Source: Candidatus Saccharimonadales bacterium
Lineage (GTDB): Bacteria > Patescibacteriota > Saccharimonadia > Saccharimonadales > JAYRRP01
DNA length: 64,000 bases
Assembly: GCA_041906765.1 (NCBI GenBank)
Contig: JAYRIP010000001.1
Location: forward strand, 13,061-77,060
Reading direction: 5' to 3'
This document shows positions 8,027-19,710 of this stretch, piece by piece. The notes below the pieces were generated by a model. It did no database searches. It saw only the letters and a list, made by a program, of their open reading frames with translations, and was not told where the DNA came from. The position numbers and the translations under genes were made by a program. Position 1 is the first letter of the stretch, and each line of letters starts with the position of its first letter.

Positions 8027-9499
8027 ATGAATTTTTATGTGACGACCTCTATTCCTTACGTCAATGGTGATCCGCATATTGGGTTTGGCATGGAACTGTT
8101 GCAGGCAGATGTGATAGCCCGGGCGGGTCGCAAGCAAGGCAAGCCGGTTTTATTTAGCACCGGCACCGATGAACACGGCGGTAAGATTGCTGAGCGTGCG
8201 GCAGAACTCAAACTGACCCCCAAAGCGTATACAGACAAAATGAGCCAACAATTCCGCGATCTTACCAAGCTACTAAATATCAGCAACGATCGATTTATTC
8301 GTACCACCGATGCTGGGCATGAGCAACGCGCCCGTATAATCTGGCAAAAATTAAAGGCTGATATTTATAAGGGTAAATACATCGGTTTATATTGCACCGG
8401 TTGCGAGGCTTTTGTCAGCGAGGCGGCAGCCAAAGAACACAAAGGTGTTTGTCCGTATCACAAAAAGCCGTATGAAAAGCTCGAAGAAGAAAATTATTTT
8501 TTCAAACTTAGCAAGTATGCTCCAGAAATAGAAAAACTTATCGCCGGTGATGAGCTTCTAGTAATTCCGCAAACCCGCAAACATGAAATCTTACGGGTTA
8601 TCAAGGATGGATTATCCGACATAAGTATTAGCCGGCCGAAAGAAAAGATTGCATGGGGTATATCGGTGCCAGGTGATACATCGCAGGTAATGTATGTGTG
8701 GTTTGAGGCGCTTATGAACTATATCACCGTGCTTGGCTATCCGGAGCATGCTGATTTTAAGAAGTTTTGGCCAGCTAACGTGCAGGTACTGGGCAAGGAT
8801 ATCTTACGCTTCCATGCAGGGGTATGGCCGGGTATGCTGCTGGCGCTGGGTTTACCATTACCCAAAATCTTGTATGTGCATGGTTTTATCACCGTTGAAG
8901 GCCAGAAAATCAGCAAGAGCCAGGGCAACAATATTCATCCAAAGCAGATTATTGACCAGTATGGGGTAGATGTGTTTCGTTATTATTTTTTGCGGCGCAT
9001 ACCGAGTTATGAAGATGGCGATTTTAGTGCAAAGAGGCTGGATGAAGCCTATAACAATGAGTTAGCCAATGAGCTTGGGAATGCGGTACAACGAACCGCA
9101 GTAATGATTCAGAAATACCAAAATGGAATAATTGGAGAAATTCCGCCTGGCGAGCATGACACCGCGCCGTATTGGAATGCTATCGAACAATGCCGGTTTG
9201 ATCGTGCGCTTGACGAAGTGTGGGAGCAAGTCCGGGGTCTCAATCAATATGTAGACGAGGAGAAACCCTGGTTGTTAGCCAAGAATAAAGACGACGAACA
9301 TTTGCGTGAAGTGCTGGCTTACCAAGCTAGTTGTTTGCTGGAGATTGCTGATTTATTAGAGCCATTTATGCCCGAGACAGCCGCCAAAATTAAGTATGTC
9401 TTTAAGGATGGGGTAGTCCGTCCCCTTAAAGGCACTCTCTTCCCGCGTACCGATGTGTCACCAGCTTATCCTCAGTCTGGTTCTACCGGCGCTCGGTAG
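8027..9499 (+). CDS. metG: Methionyl-tRNA synthetase (short form)
   Basis: PYVNGDPHIGF (HIGH-type motif) and KISKSQGN (KMSKS-type motif); Cys-rich insertion CTGCEAF...CPYH. Confidence 0.9.
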   Translation: MNFYVTTSIPYVNGDPHIGFGMELLQADVIARAGRKQGKPVLFSTGTDEHGGKIAERAAELKLTPKAYTDKMSQQFRDLTKLLNISNDRFIRTTDAGHEQRARIIWQKLKADIYKGKYIGLYCTGCEAFVSEAAAKEHKGVCPYHKKPYEKLEEENYFFKLSKYAPEIEKLIAGDELLVIPQTRKHEILRVIKDGLSDISISRPKEKIAWGISVPGDTSQVMYVWFEALMNYITVLGYPEHADFKKFWPANVQVLGKDILRFHAGVWPGMLLALGLPLPKILYVHGFITVEGQKISKSQGNNIHPKQIIDQYGVDVFRYYFLRRIPSYEDGDFSAKRLDEAYNNELANELGNAVQRTAVMIQKYQNGIIGEIPPGEHDTAPYWNAIEQCRFDRALDEVWEQVRGLNQYVDEEKPWLLAKNKDDEHLREVLAYQASCLLEIADLLEPFMPETAAKIKYVFKDGVVRPLKGTLFPRTDVSPAYPQSGSTGAR

Positions 9500-9948
9500 C
9501 CACTGATAGTCAGGTAGCCTAATCTTATCATTTCGGCGGACATCTCATCACTGATCATATTTCCGAATATTCTTTTTGGCGTGATAACCTGCCAAAACCC
9601 GACTACTTCTCCATAGGCGAACAGTAGAAGCGCAGACCTTTGACTGTCTAAAGCTGCACCGGCATGTAAGTAGCTTGGATCTTCTTCTAAGGGAGGAAGA
9701 TTCCGATAGTAGTTGCCTGGATATAACGATAGTATTTCAGCTACTTCCGGACGATAACGCAATGCTGCCTCAAGACTGACTGTTACACGCATGATCTCCA
9801 TATCAACCAACACATCACCAGCAAGTGGTATTTCATCTTTGGCAGGTCTTTGGAAAATTTCGGCTTCGTATAGTACGTAATTGAGACGTGGTATAGCTTC
9901 TTCCAAAGAGTTTGGCTTAGAGTAAGGATATTTTTCCATATTTGCCAT
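9472..9948 (-). CDS. Hypothetical protein (gene 4 of a minus-strand cassette)
   Basis: ORF of about 158 aa from ATG 9948 (a TTG alternative lies at 9963). The 3' end overlaps the metG 3' end convergently by 28 nt. No recognised domain. Confidence 0.5.
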   Translation of the reverse strand: MANMEKYPYSKPNSLEEAIPRLNYVLYEAEIFQRPAKDEIPLAGDVLVDMEIMRVTVSLEAALRYRPEVAEILSLYPGNYYRNLPPLEEDPSYLHAGAALDSQRSALLLFAYGEVVGFWQVITPKRIFGNMISDEMSAEMIRLGYLTISGYRAPVEPD

Positions 9949-9952
9949 GCCG

Positions 9953-10297
9953 TTAATCTGCAAAAATTATGTGAATATTGTCGGCCTCATCTTCGTATAC
10001 TCCAATACCAAAAAATGGTACGGCACGCTGGGTTTCGGGTAAGTTATAATATTCCGCAAAATCTGCAATTTGATTCTGCAGCTCCGCTACCTCTTCAGGA
10101 GGATTAACCGCTTGAGCATACACCTTACTTGCGATTGTATTGAGGACTATTGGCAGCTCTCCCGTACACTCATCAATAAAACCGAGCGCTTTTGCACGGT
10201 ACAGAATTTGTTTGCTGCGCGTTACTATCTCATTTGTCCTATCCATTATCTCTGGCGGATGTAAAGGCGCTGTATTGTATTGGTTCTCGTTTTCCAT
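9953..10297 (-). CDS. Hypothetical protein, tandem paralog A
   Basis: 114 aa. It aligns with the next gene over RSKqIL.R...G.LP...DF.E(F/Y)YN.P.TQ.A.P(F/Y).GI.V(Y/F).DE. Confidence 0.55.
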   Translation of the reverse strand: MENENQYNTAPLHPPEIMDRTNEIVTRSKQILYRAKALGFIDECTGELPIVLNTIASKVYAQAVNPPEEVAELQNQIADFAEYYNLPETQRAVPFFGIGVYEDEADNIHIIFAD

Positions 10298-10339
10298 GGC
10301 AGTGCTCCTAATTTTATGAAAGGTTTGATCAGGCTAATC

Positions 10340-10720
10340 TTAATAAGCAAAGTACAAATCCAACTCTCCGATTTCATCACGAAAAACTTCTATACCCCAA
10401 TAAGGCAGGGCATCTTGTGTCGTAGGTTGGTTATAAAATTCGACGAAATCTATTAACTCTTCATGTAGTCGGTTGATATCTTGGTCTTGGTCGACAAAAG
10501 CGGTTTTCATCACCAAGATGCTTAACATTTCTGGAAGTGATCCTTCTGTATCTTTGCAAAACAGGTCAAGCTCCTCGCCGCGTTTTAAAATTGTCTTGCT
10601 TCTGATTGCTACTGTTTGTAATATTTCGCCTCCCTCAATGGCAGCTGCTCGGCCAGCTTCGTTATTGGCTTCTAGCGCTAATGCCTCTGTCTCTCGCGCT
10701 CGGTCGGGTTCGTATTCCAT
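10340..10720 (-). CDS. Hypothetical protein, tandem paralog B
   Basis: 126 aa; paralogous to 9953-10297, sharing the C-terminal motif FVEFYNQPTTQDALPYWGIEVFRDE versus FAEYYNLPETQRAVPFFGIGVYEDE. Confidence 0.55.
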   Translation of the reverse strand: MEYEPDRARETEALALEANNEAGRAAAIEGGEILQTVAIRSKTILKRGEELDLFCKDTEGSLPEMLSILVMKTAFVDQDQDINRLHEELIDFVEFYNQPTTQDALPYWGIEVFRDEIGELDLYFAY

Positions 10721-10742
10721 GTGCTTTTTCTCCCTTTTATTG

Positions 10743-11009
10743 TTAACCCCTAAGCAAATTCGCCACCTCCTTTTGGCGAATATTTGTTTTATTAACCTTG
10801 TCGATTAATGGCTTTTGATTGTTTCGCTTTGTTAGCTGTAGAGGTGCAATGAGATAGGGGACGTCTAGACCGTTGATAGGATAGTGTGTGAAAAGATCTG
10901 GACGTTGTTTTTCCTCGTAGCGAACCGTTTGAACAGGATCACGCAAACGATCCGTGAGTTCGATTATTTGTTTTATGTTATGTGCTGCCCATTGATTTAT
11001 CTTTTCCAT
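10743..11009 (-). CDS. Hypothetical small protein (first gene of the cassette)
   Basis: 88 aa ORF directly downstream of a strong promoter. No recognised domain. Confidence 0.5.
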   Translation of the reverse strand: MEKINQWAAHNIKQIIELTDRLRDPVQTVRYEEKQRPDLFTHYPINGLDVPYLIAPLQLTKRNNQKPLIDKVNKTNIRQKEVANLLRG

Positions 11010-11047
11010 AGTACCCTCCTATAGAAACTGTTAATATAACACTAACT

Positions 11048-11075
11048 ATCATAGCAATAGTAAGTGTATTGTCAA
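11048..11075 (-). promoter_or_regulatory. Sigma-70-like promoter TTGACA-N16-TATGAT (read on the minus strand) driving the 4-gene cassette
   Basis: The reverse complement of 11070-11075 is TTGACA and of 11048-11053 is TATGAT. The promoter lies about 40 nt upstream of the ATG at 11009. Confidence 0.5.
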
Positions 11076-11167
11076 CACTAATAATGTTTGCTCAGTGGTT
11101 TGGGCGGTAGTTACGCCGAGTAAGGTCAGCACATATATTCTTTTGCTGCTAGATGTTTTTGGTGTGG

Positions 11168-11848
11168 TTAGTCAAAGCTACTCGGGAGAATTTCTAAATT
11201 TTGATGATTGAATTTATACAAACGGGCAGGGCGGTGAGCCCCTTCTCGTTGATATTCGTTTGTTGCTGCAACAAGCCCTAAAGTAAGGAACTTCTTACGG
11301 AAATTGCGTTTATCAAGCTTATGACCTAGAACTGCTTCATAGGCAGATTGCAGATCAGTAAGTGTAAAGAATTTACCCAATAAGGCATAAACAGCATTCG
11401 TGTAGGTGAGCTTTGCTTGCAAACGCTCATGGGCATATCTGATGATAGCTCTGTGATCATAAGCAAGCTTCGGCAAATTGTTCACCGGAAAGAATTGTGG
11501 GTTTTGAATGGTTTTGCTACCTTCCGGTAAAAGGTCTGTTCCCAAACCCATATAGGTTACTGAAACTGCGTGACCGCGAGGATCACGGTCAACAGTATCA
11601 AACGTATAAAGCTGTTCAATGAGTCTTAAATCTTCAGTTGCTAGGCCACTCTTTATTTTAAGTACGCGGCTTAGTGCTTCCTGCGTAGTCTCGCCAGCTG
11701 CAATGTAACCACCCGGCAAAGCCCACATATCCTTAAATGGCTCCTGCGCACGCTTGATAAGTAGCACAAAAAGCTCAGCATCGATTAATTGGAAAATGAC
11801 ACTATCGACGGTTAAAATAGGAGGAATATACGTACCCTTTGACATCAT
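11168..11848 (-). CDS. NrtR-like regulator (degenerate Nudix domain plus C-terminal winged helix)
   Basis: The Nudix box is degraded (GGYIAAGETTQEALSRVLKIKSG lacks the REx2EE core). The C-terminal DKRNFRKKFLTLGLV...RPARLYKF is wHTH-like, as in NrtR. Confidence 0.7.
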   Translation of the reverse strand: MMSKGTYIPPILTVDSVIFQLIDAELFVLLIKRAQEPFKDMWALPGGYIAAGETTQEALSRVLKIKSGLATEDLRLIEQLYTFDTVDRDPRGHAVSVTYMGLGTDLLPEGSKTIQNPQFFPVNNLPKLAYDHRAIIRYAHERLQAKLTYTNAVYALLGKFFTLTDLQSAYEAVLGHKLDKRNFRKKFLTLGLVAATNEYQREGAHRPARLYKFNHQNLEILPSSFD

Positions 11849-11879
11849 GTATATTATACACTAACAAAAATAATATACA
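11848..11879. promoter_or_regulatory. Perfect 9-bp inverted repeat TGTATATTA-N14-TAATATACA filling the 31-bp divergent nrtR-like/tatD intergenic region
   Basis: The arms at 11848-11856 and 11871-11879 are exact reverse complements. I read it as a candidate operator. Confidence 0.3.
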
Positions 11880-12656
11880 ATGTTATCTATGGAATTTGTT
11901 GATACCCATTGTCATATACACGGCAAGGATTACGGGGTGGATCCCGATAAGGCATTAAGCGCTGCTCGAGGAATGGGTGTAACACATATTGTTTGCGTAG
12001 GTACCGATGTAGAAGATAGTCATCAGGTGATAGAGTTTGTAAGTAAACGAGAAGGTTGTTTTGCAGCCATTGGTATTCATCCGCATGAAGCAAAGCGATA
12101 TATCGGGAAAAAGCAGGAGCTAGAAGAGTTCAGTAAACTCGCTGAAAAAGCCAAGGTAGTCGCTGTAGGCGAGTGCGGGCTTGATTACTATTACCACCAT
12201 TCTCCTAAGAATGATCAGGAAGTACTGCTTCGTTTGCAGATTGAGCTGGCTCTGAAGCACGACTTGCCACTAATCTTTCATGTTCGTCATGCCTTTGAAG
12301 ACTTTTGGCGTATCGTAGGCGAATATCCAAAAGTCCGAGGGGTAATTCATAGTTTTACCGCTCACCTAAAAGAGTTAGATGAAGCGTTGGCACGTGGTTT
12401 TTACATTGGTCTTAATGGGATTATGACGTTTACGAAAGACGAGCAGCAGCTAGCAGCAGCGCGACAAGTACCCCTGGAACGATTAGTTCTCGAAACCGAT
12501 GCACCATTTTTGACGCCTATTCCTTATCGTGGTAAAATATGTGAACCAAAACATGTGGTGGTAACTGCGGAATTTCTCGCTCAACTTAGAAGCGAATCGC
12601 TAGCCCAGCTTGCGGCAGCTACTACTAAAAACGCTGCGGATCTATTCCGCTTATGA
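11880..12656 (+). CDS. tatD: TatD-family metal-dependent hydrolase/DNase
   Basis: FVDTHCHIH, GECGLDYYY and ETDAPFLTP motifs. Confidence 0.85.
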   Translation: MLSMEFVDTHCHIHGKDYGVDPDKALSAARGMGVTHIVCVGTDVEDSHQVIEFVSKREGCFAAIGIHPHEAKRYIGKKQELEEFSKLAEKAKVVAVGECGLDYYYHHSPKNDQEVLLRLQIELALKHDLPLIFHVRHAFEDFWRIVGEYPKVRGVIHSFTAHLKELDEALARGFYIGLNGIMTFTKDEQQLAAARQVPLERLVLETDAPFLTPIPYRGKICEPKHVVVTAEFLAQLRSESLAQLAAATTKNAADLFRL

Positions 12657-12665
12657 GGAAGTGTA

Positions 12666-12989
12666 ATGCAAGGGATGGAACAACAGACGCGCCGGCAAGA
12701 TATCTTGCCAAAAGAAATTTTACAAGCGGTAACTCACCGCCTGGAGGTGCTTGCCTCGGCAGAAAATAATCTAGAAAACGCAGTCTTATCGGTTTTATCC
12801 AAAGAAATGCCACAACTAAGCCTTGCCCGGCCGGTAGCTACCCAAACCTGTGAGATGAGTGTATCGCATGCAAGTAATGAACAAACACCGCAAATCCAGA
12901 CCGCACCTCGTCACGATAATGAGGCAGCAACAGGGTTGGAGCAAATCCGTCGAGCTATAAACGAGATATTTGAGGTACCCAGTGATTAA
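12666..12989 (+). CDS. Hypothetical protein
   Basis: 107-aa ORF in an operon-like position. No motif recognised. Confidence 0.4.
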   Translation: MQGMEQQTRRQDILPKEILQAVTHRLEVLASAENNLENAVLSVLSKEMPQLSLARPVATQTCEMSVSHASNEQTPQIQTAPRHDNEAATGLEQIRRAINEIFEVPSD

Positions 12990-13353
12990 AAAGTTTATTC
13001 ATCAAATATTTGCCCAGAAGAACCAGTATAAATCTGCGCAGAAATTTAAGGAACTATTGCACCGTGAAGCAGAACTGGGTGGTCGCCTGTTTGGTGCGGT
13101 GCCAGAGGGAGTGCGGAGAGAATTTTTTTGTTTAGATGAGCACACCTGGGTATGGCACGAAGAATGGACAGATGAAGGCAATACGCTGCATCATCAGACA
13201 ACTCGCTATGATGTAAGAGATACTGGCGTCTTAAAAGCTCAAGATGGGCAGCCATATCGGTTTATTACTGACGCTGAAGCTCGTAATATACTGGCCGCAG
13301 CCAAATTGTATCGAAGGCGGGTGAGTCAGGAATTATACGGGTCATTGCAGTAG
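12970..13353 (+). CDS. Hypothetical protein
   Basis: 127-aa ORF (the start may be GTG at 12982). It has protein-like composition but no motif I recognise. Confidence 0.5.
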   Translation: MRYPVIKKFIHQIFAQKNQYKSAQKFKELLHREAELGGRLFGAVPEGVRREFFCLDEHTWVWHEEWTDEGNTLHHQTTRYDVRDTGVLKAQDGQPYRFITDAEARNILAAAKLYRRRVSQELYGSLQ

Positions 13354-13366
13354 GGTATCCCTAAAT

Positions 13367-14530
13367 ATGACAAGACAACAATTGGGCATGAGACCGGTTT
13401 ATCTTGATTATGCGGCGGCAACTCCGCTCGATCCCCTAGTGCTCAAGGTGATGACCCCTTATTTTAGCCGACAATTTCATAATCCTTCTGCTCTTTATAA
13501 CGCTGCTCGACAAGTTCGTCAGACGGTTGAAGCTGCCCGTGGCCGCGTAGCTGCAGGTTTGGGAGCGCGAGCAGGTGAGATTGTGTTTGTCAGCGGCGCA
13601 ACAGAAGCAAATAACCTCGCAATCCAAGGTATCCTGGAGGCGTACCCCAAGGGTCATGTGGTGTTTAGTGCTGTCGAACACGAATCAGTGCGACAACCGG
13701 CACTGCGATATGCGCATACCGAGACTTCTGTAGGTAAAGATGGCCGAATCGACGAACAGGCTCTGCAAGAGGCAGTACGACCGAATACTGTGCTGATAAG
13801 TGTTATGCTTGCCAATAATGAGACTGGTACTCTCCAACCCATTTCAGGGCTGGCAGGATTGGTCGCGGAAATACGACATCAACGACACAAAAGTGGCAAT
13901 AACACACCACTGTTTCTGCATACCGACGCGGCGCAGGCACCCAATTTACTTCCCTTGAAAGTCAGTCGGTTAGGGATTGATCTGATGTCATTGAATGGTG
14001 GTAAGATTTATGGCCCTAAGCAGAGTGGGATATTGTATGTACGCACGGGCACGACTTTACAACCCCTGTTTGTGGGTGGCGGACAAGAAAGAGGCTTGCG
14101 TAGTGGCACTGAGAACGTTCCTGCCATTATTGGTTTTGCAGAGGCTTTTAACCGCGCCCAAGCTGCATGCTTGCAAGAGTCCAAACGGCTGCATAATTTG
14201 CAACGGCTTTTTTGGGATGAAGTCCAGCGTCATATTCCACGCGCAAAGCTCAATGGTTCTTTTGAGCATCGTTTGGCTAACAATATGCACCTTACGATTA
14301 CAGGTATTGATAACGAGAGAGTGGTTATGGAACTTGATGAAATGGGAATTCAATGTGCTGCCGGTTCGGCGTGCAGCGCAAGTGATGAGTTACCGTCACA
14401 TGTCTTAAAAGCCATTGGGCTAAGTGATGAAGAGGCACAATCAAGTCTCCGTTTCAGCATGGGAAGGTCTACTACCTCTGCGGGAGTATTGCGCACAGTC
14501 AAGGCATTAGCTAAAGTTGTGGCGCCATAA
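13367..14530 (+). CDS. Cysteine desulfurase (class V aminotransferase, NifS/IscS-like)
   Basis: PLP-lysine region SLNGGKIYGPK, RSGTENV, and the active-site loop AAGSACSAS. Confidence 0.85.
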   Translation: MTRQQLGMRPVYLDYAAATPLDPLVLKVMTPYFSRQFHNPSALYNAARQVRQTVEAARGRVAAGLGARAGEIVFVSGATEANNLAIQGILEAYPKGHVVFSAVEHESVRQPALRYAHTETSVGKDGRIDEQALQEAVRPNTVLISVMLANNETGTLQPISGLAGLVAEIRHQRHKSGNNTPLFLHTDAAQAPNLLPLKVSRLGIDLMSLNGGKIYGPKQSGILYVRTGTTLQPLFVGGGQERGLRSGTENVPAIIGFAEAFNRAQAACLQESKRLHNLQRLFWDEVQRHIPRAKLNGSFEHRLANNMHLTITGIDNERVVMELDEMGIQCAAGSACSASDELPSHVLKAIGLSDEEAQSSLRFSMGRSTTSAGVLRTVKALAKVVAP

Positions 14531-14616
14531 CACCTATCAAAGCGTGAGCGGCTTATTCCAATCAGGCGCCATTTACGGTATATTTACTACTAATGTGATA
14601 AACAGGTGGGCATGCC

Positions 14617-15264
14617 GTGCAACTTGGAACTCTCGGATTACTGATCAGTATCATCGTCCTCATGGCGGCTGGTCTGATATGGCTGGTTATTGCCCTTGAT
14701 TCTGGTGGTCGTAAGCGGCGAGGGAAAACTGCTCCTCATGAATTAAAAGCCAAAAAGCCAGATGTGACGCAACTAGCCAAAACCGAGGCCGAACATATCT
14801 TTGATGACCAATTCCGTGAAGAACTAAAGAACCACGGGCGGCTGTACTTCGAAAAAATCATCGGCGAGAATGCCATGTTCCTGCAACAGGACCTCAGACT
14901 GACTACTTCGCAGCTTAATGACTTCATGAAGCAAGAGATAACTCGGACGCTGCAAGAAGAGTTTTCAAAATACGAACGCTCGATTACCGACGCTAAGCAA
15001 TTAGCGATAGAATCACTCAACAAAACACGCCAGGCAATTGAACAACAACGACAGATTTTGGCTGAACAAATTGAGCGGGAATTACGAGTCGAAAAAGAGC
15101 GTCTAATGACACGGTTTGAAAATAACCTGGCTGAGATTGTGAACCACTATGTGGTGGCTGCAATTGGGAACCAGATTGATCTCAGCGACCAACTGGAGTA
15201 TATCTTGGGAGAATTGGAAGCCAACAAACAGGCGATTGCCGAGGATATAAAGAATGGCGCCTGA
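14617..15264 (+). CDS. ATP synthase b-subunit-like stalk protein (N-terminal TM helix plus long coiled coil)
   Basis: GTG start. One TM helix is followed by about 170 aa of heptad-like charged sequence. It sits immediately upstream of atpH-A-G-D-C. The assignment rests on position and architecture only. Confidence 0.5.
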   Translation: MQLGTLGLLISIIVLMAAGLIWLVIALDSGGRKRRGKTAPHELKAKKPDVTQLAKTEAEHIFDDQFREELKNHGRLYFEKIIGENAMFLQQDLRLTTSQLNDFMKQEITRTLQEEFSKYERSITDAKQLAIESLNKTRQAIEQQRQILAEQIERELRVEKERLMTRFENNLAEIVNHYVVAAIGNQIDLSDQLEYILGELEANKQAIAEDIKNGA

Positions 15265-15760
15265 GAAATCACCCGGTTTAGTGCTGCCCTTGACCGTGGT
15301 AACTGTTGGAGATGTCACGCATCTGGAGTGGGATTTATCGGCGGCAGATGACTTTCTGGTGCAGGCGGCGGTGCGCAGTGCTGGCCAAAAGATCTCGTTG
15401 CCCCGGCTTACCCGGCAACTTGAAGCAGTGGCCAAAATTAACAACTGCAATTTGCTAAAAATGGAAGATCGGGATCGTCTAGGCCGGATGCTCAAACAGC
15501 TGCAACAGCGGGCGCCGGTTGTGCATATTAGCTTTGCTACCGATCCGCCGATGGCATTTATGCATAAGTTAGTGAAATGGTTTCGAACTAATATTCACCC
15601 GGATGTGCTTTTGCAGGTTGGTCTGCAGCCGGGGATTGCCGCCGGGTGCACTCTAAGAACTACCAACCTGTATTTTGACTTTAGCCTACGCAAGCATCTA
15701 TTCCATAACCGCAAGATTCTGTTGGATAAGATCAGGGAAAATTCGCGGGCGCATGAATAA
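15254..15760 (+). CDS. atpH: ATP synthase delta (OSCP)-like subunit
   Basis: C-terminal [23 protein letters not shown] resembles the delta motif GG..v..Gd...D.S.r..L. Position is between the b-like gene and alpha. Confidence 0.6.
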   Translation: MAPEKSPGLVLPLTVVTVGDVTHLEWDLSAADDFLVQAAVRSAGQKISLPRLTRQLEAVAKINNCNLLKMEDRDRLGRMLKQLQQRAPVVHISFATDPPMAFMHKLVKWFRTNIHPDVLLQVGLQPGIAAGCTLRTTNLYFDFSLRKHLFHNRKILLDKIRENSRAHE

Positions 15761-17176
15761 CAACCAACATTTCAGAAAACTGATAGAGGCCGGCAATCCC
15801 ATTGGCGAAGTGGTTTCTGTGGATAAATTTCTAGTAAGGGTGAGGGGGTTGAGTCCTGTCAACAGTCGGGCTCTTGTGATGTTCGAAGACGGCAGCAAAG
15901 GCTTTGTTTACCATATTTTTGAAGACCATGTAGCGGTAATGCATTTGGGCACCAATCACCTTGGTATCGGTATGACCGCCGTGGTGCAATATGACCAACT
16001 CGTTTGCAAGGTCGGCAAAGAGCTTATAGGGAGAATAATATCGGTCAGTGGTGAACCTCTGGATGGCAAAGGTTCAGTCTTGGCTGAAAGTGTGTGGCCT
16101 GTGTTCAACGAAGCGCCGCCAATTTATGAGCGAGAGCAGTTGAACACACAGTTGGAGACGGGTATCACCGCGATTGATTCATTATTTCCACTAGTACGTG
16201 GACAGCGTCTGGCAATACTGGGTGACAGCAAATCCGGTAAAAGCACCCTTGCCACCCAGCTGGCAATCAACCAGCGAAGTACGGACCTAGTAGTAATTTA
16301 TGTGCTGATTGGTAAGCGCCGCAGTGACGTGGAAACATTGCTGGCACGGTTGCGGGATAACCAAGCTCTCGACAAAGCGATTGTGGTGGTATCAACCATG
16401 TTTGAGTCCTTAATCACTACCTATTTGGCACCTTATGTGGCCTGTTCTATGGCGGAATACATCTGGCAAAAGCATGACCAAGACGTGGTGATCGTATACG
16501 ACGATCTCACTAGTCATGCGCATGCCTATCGGGAAATATCATTACTTGCTGGTGTGAGTCCAGGCCGTGACTCTTACCCCGGTGATATGTTTTATGCACA
16601 TTCGAGCTTATTGGAACGGGCTGGAAAGTTAAGCCGGAACCACAAAACACTTACCAGTTTACCTCTGGTCTTGGCTACGGGCGGTGATATTACCGCCTAT
16701 TTGCCGACTAATATCATGTCGATGACGGATGGACAATGGATCCTGGACATGAATCTGTTTCGTGATGGCCAAAGACCGGCATTAAACACAGGTTTGAGCG
16801 TCACCCGTGTGGGTGGTCGCGGCCATAACGCTCGGCAGAAGCAAATAGCTGCCAAAACTTTACAGATGTTGGCTGCCTATCGCCAGGCTCAAGAATTCGC
16901 CCATTTTAGTTCTGAATTAGCTCTCACTGCACAGCGTGAACTTGAATTTGGCAAGCACTTAAGGACACTTCTTAATCAAACGCCCGGTGAGACTTACTCG
17001 TTATTGTCTCAACAGATGATGCTGGATATCTTGTTGAATACTGACGAAGGTGAAGTTATCGATCTCGGCAACATGAAAGAATCGGTAGCTGAAATGGCCA
17101 AACTCGTGCGCCAGGACTCAGACTATGAGACGGTGCGTGACCAACTGAAACAACGCAGTCGTCTGGAGCTAAAAAG

Positions 17177-17180
<4 letters not shown>
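15753..17180 (+). CDS. atpA: ATP synthase alpha subunit (divergent)
   Basis: P-loop [11 protein letters not shown], plus YDDLTSHA and [14 protein letters not shown]. The start is set at ATG 15753, which overlaps the delta stop, rather than at 15675. Confidence 0.85.
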
Positions 17181-19335
<2,155 letters not shown>

Positions 19336-19342
19336 GAGTTTC

Positions 19343-19660
19343 ATGATGCGCCGCCAGATTGCAAGCACGGGAGAGTTCGTTGAAGATAAGCAGAGTGCTC
19401 CATCTAAAACAGTTGCAACATCTATTCGCGTCAAAGTGTACTCTCCTTTTAAAGTTTTTTTTGATGAAGAGGCCGAGAGTGTATCAGCTGAAAATGGTAC
19501 CGGACCGTTTGATGTGCTCGCGCAGCATCATAATTTCCTTACTTTGTTGAAACCGTGTGAACTGATTATCCGCTCACCACGCCAGGAACAAAAAATCCGT
19601 ATTGATCGTGGTGTGATGCATGTAAAGAATAACCAGGTGACCGTCTTTTTGGACGTTTGA
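19343..19660 (+). CDS. atpC: ATP synthase epsilon subunit (beta-sandwich domain only)
   Basis: 105 aa immediately after atpD. It is short and lacks the C-terminal helical hairpin. Confidence 0.6.
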   Translation: MMRRQIASTGEFVEDKQSAPSKTVATSIRVKVYSPFKVFFDEEAESVSAENGTGPFDVLAQHHNFLTLLKPCELIIRSPRQEQKIRIDRGVMHVKNNQVTVFLDV

Positions 19661-19710
19661 CTTGACCCGCTGGTGCTTTTTTAGGTACAAGCAAGGTATA
19701 ATCGTCTCCC

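Noticed and set aside
7748-8137. 129-aa minus-strand ORF overlapping the metG start
   Set aside because: Its sequence is low-complexity and Ser/Leu/Cys-rich. It overlaps metG by 111 nt and is antisense to a far more protein-like plus-strand frame.
14517-14699. 60-aa ORF between the cysteine desulfurase and the ATP synthase b-like gene, considered as a possible c subunit
   Set aside because: It overlaps both neighbours, is not hydrophobic, and lacks the hairpin two-helix pattern and the conserved carboxylate of c subunits.
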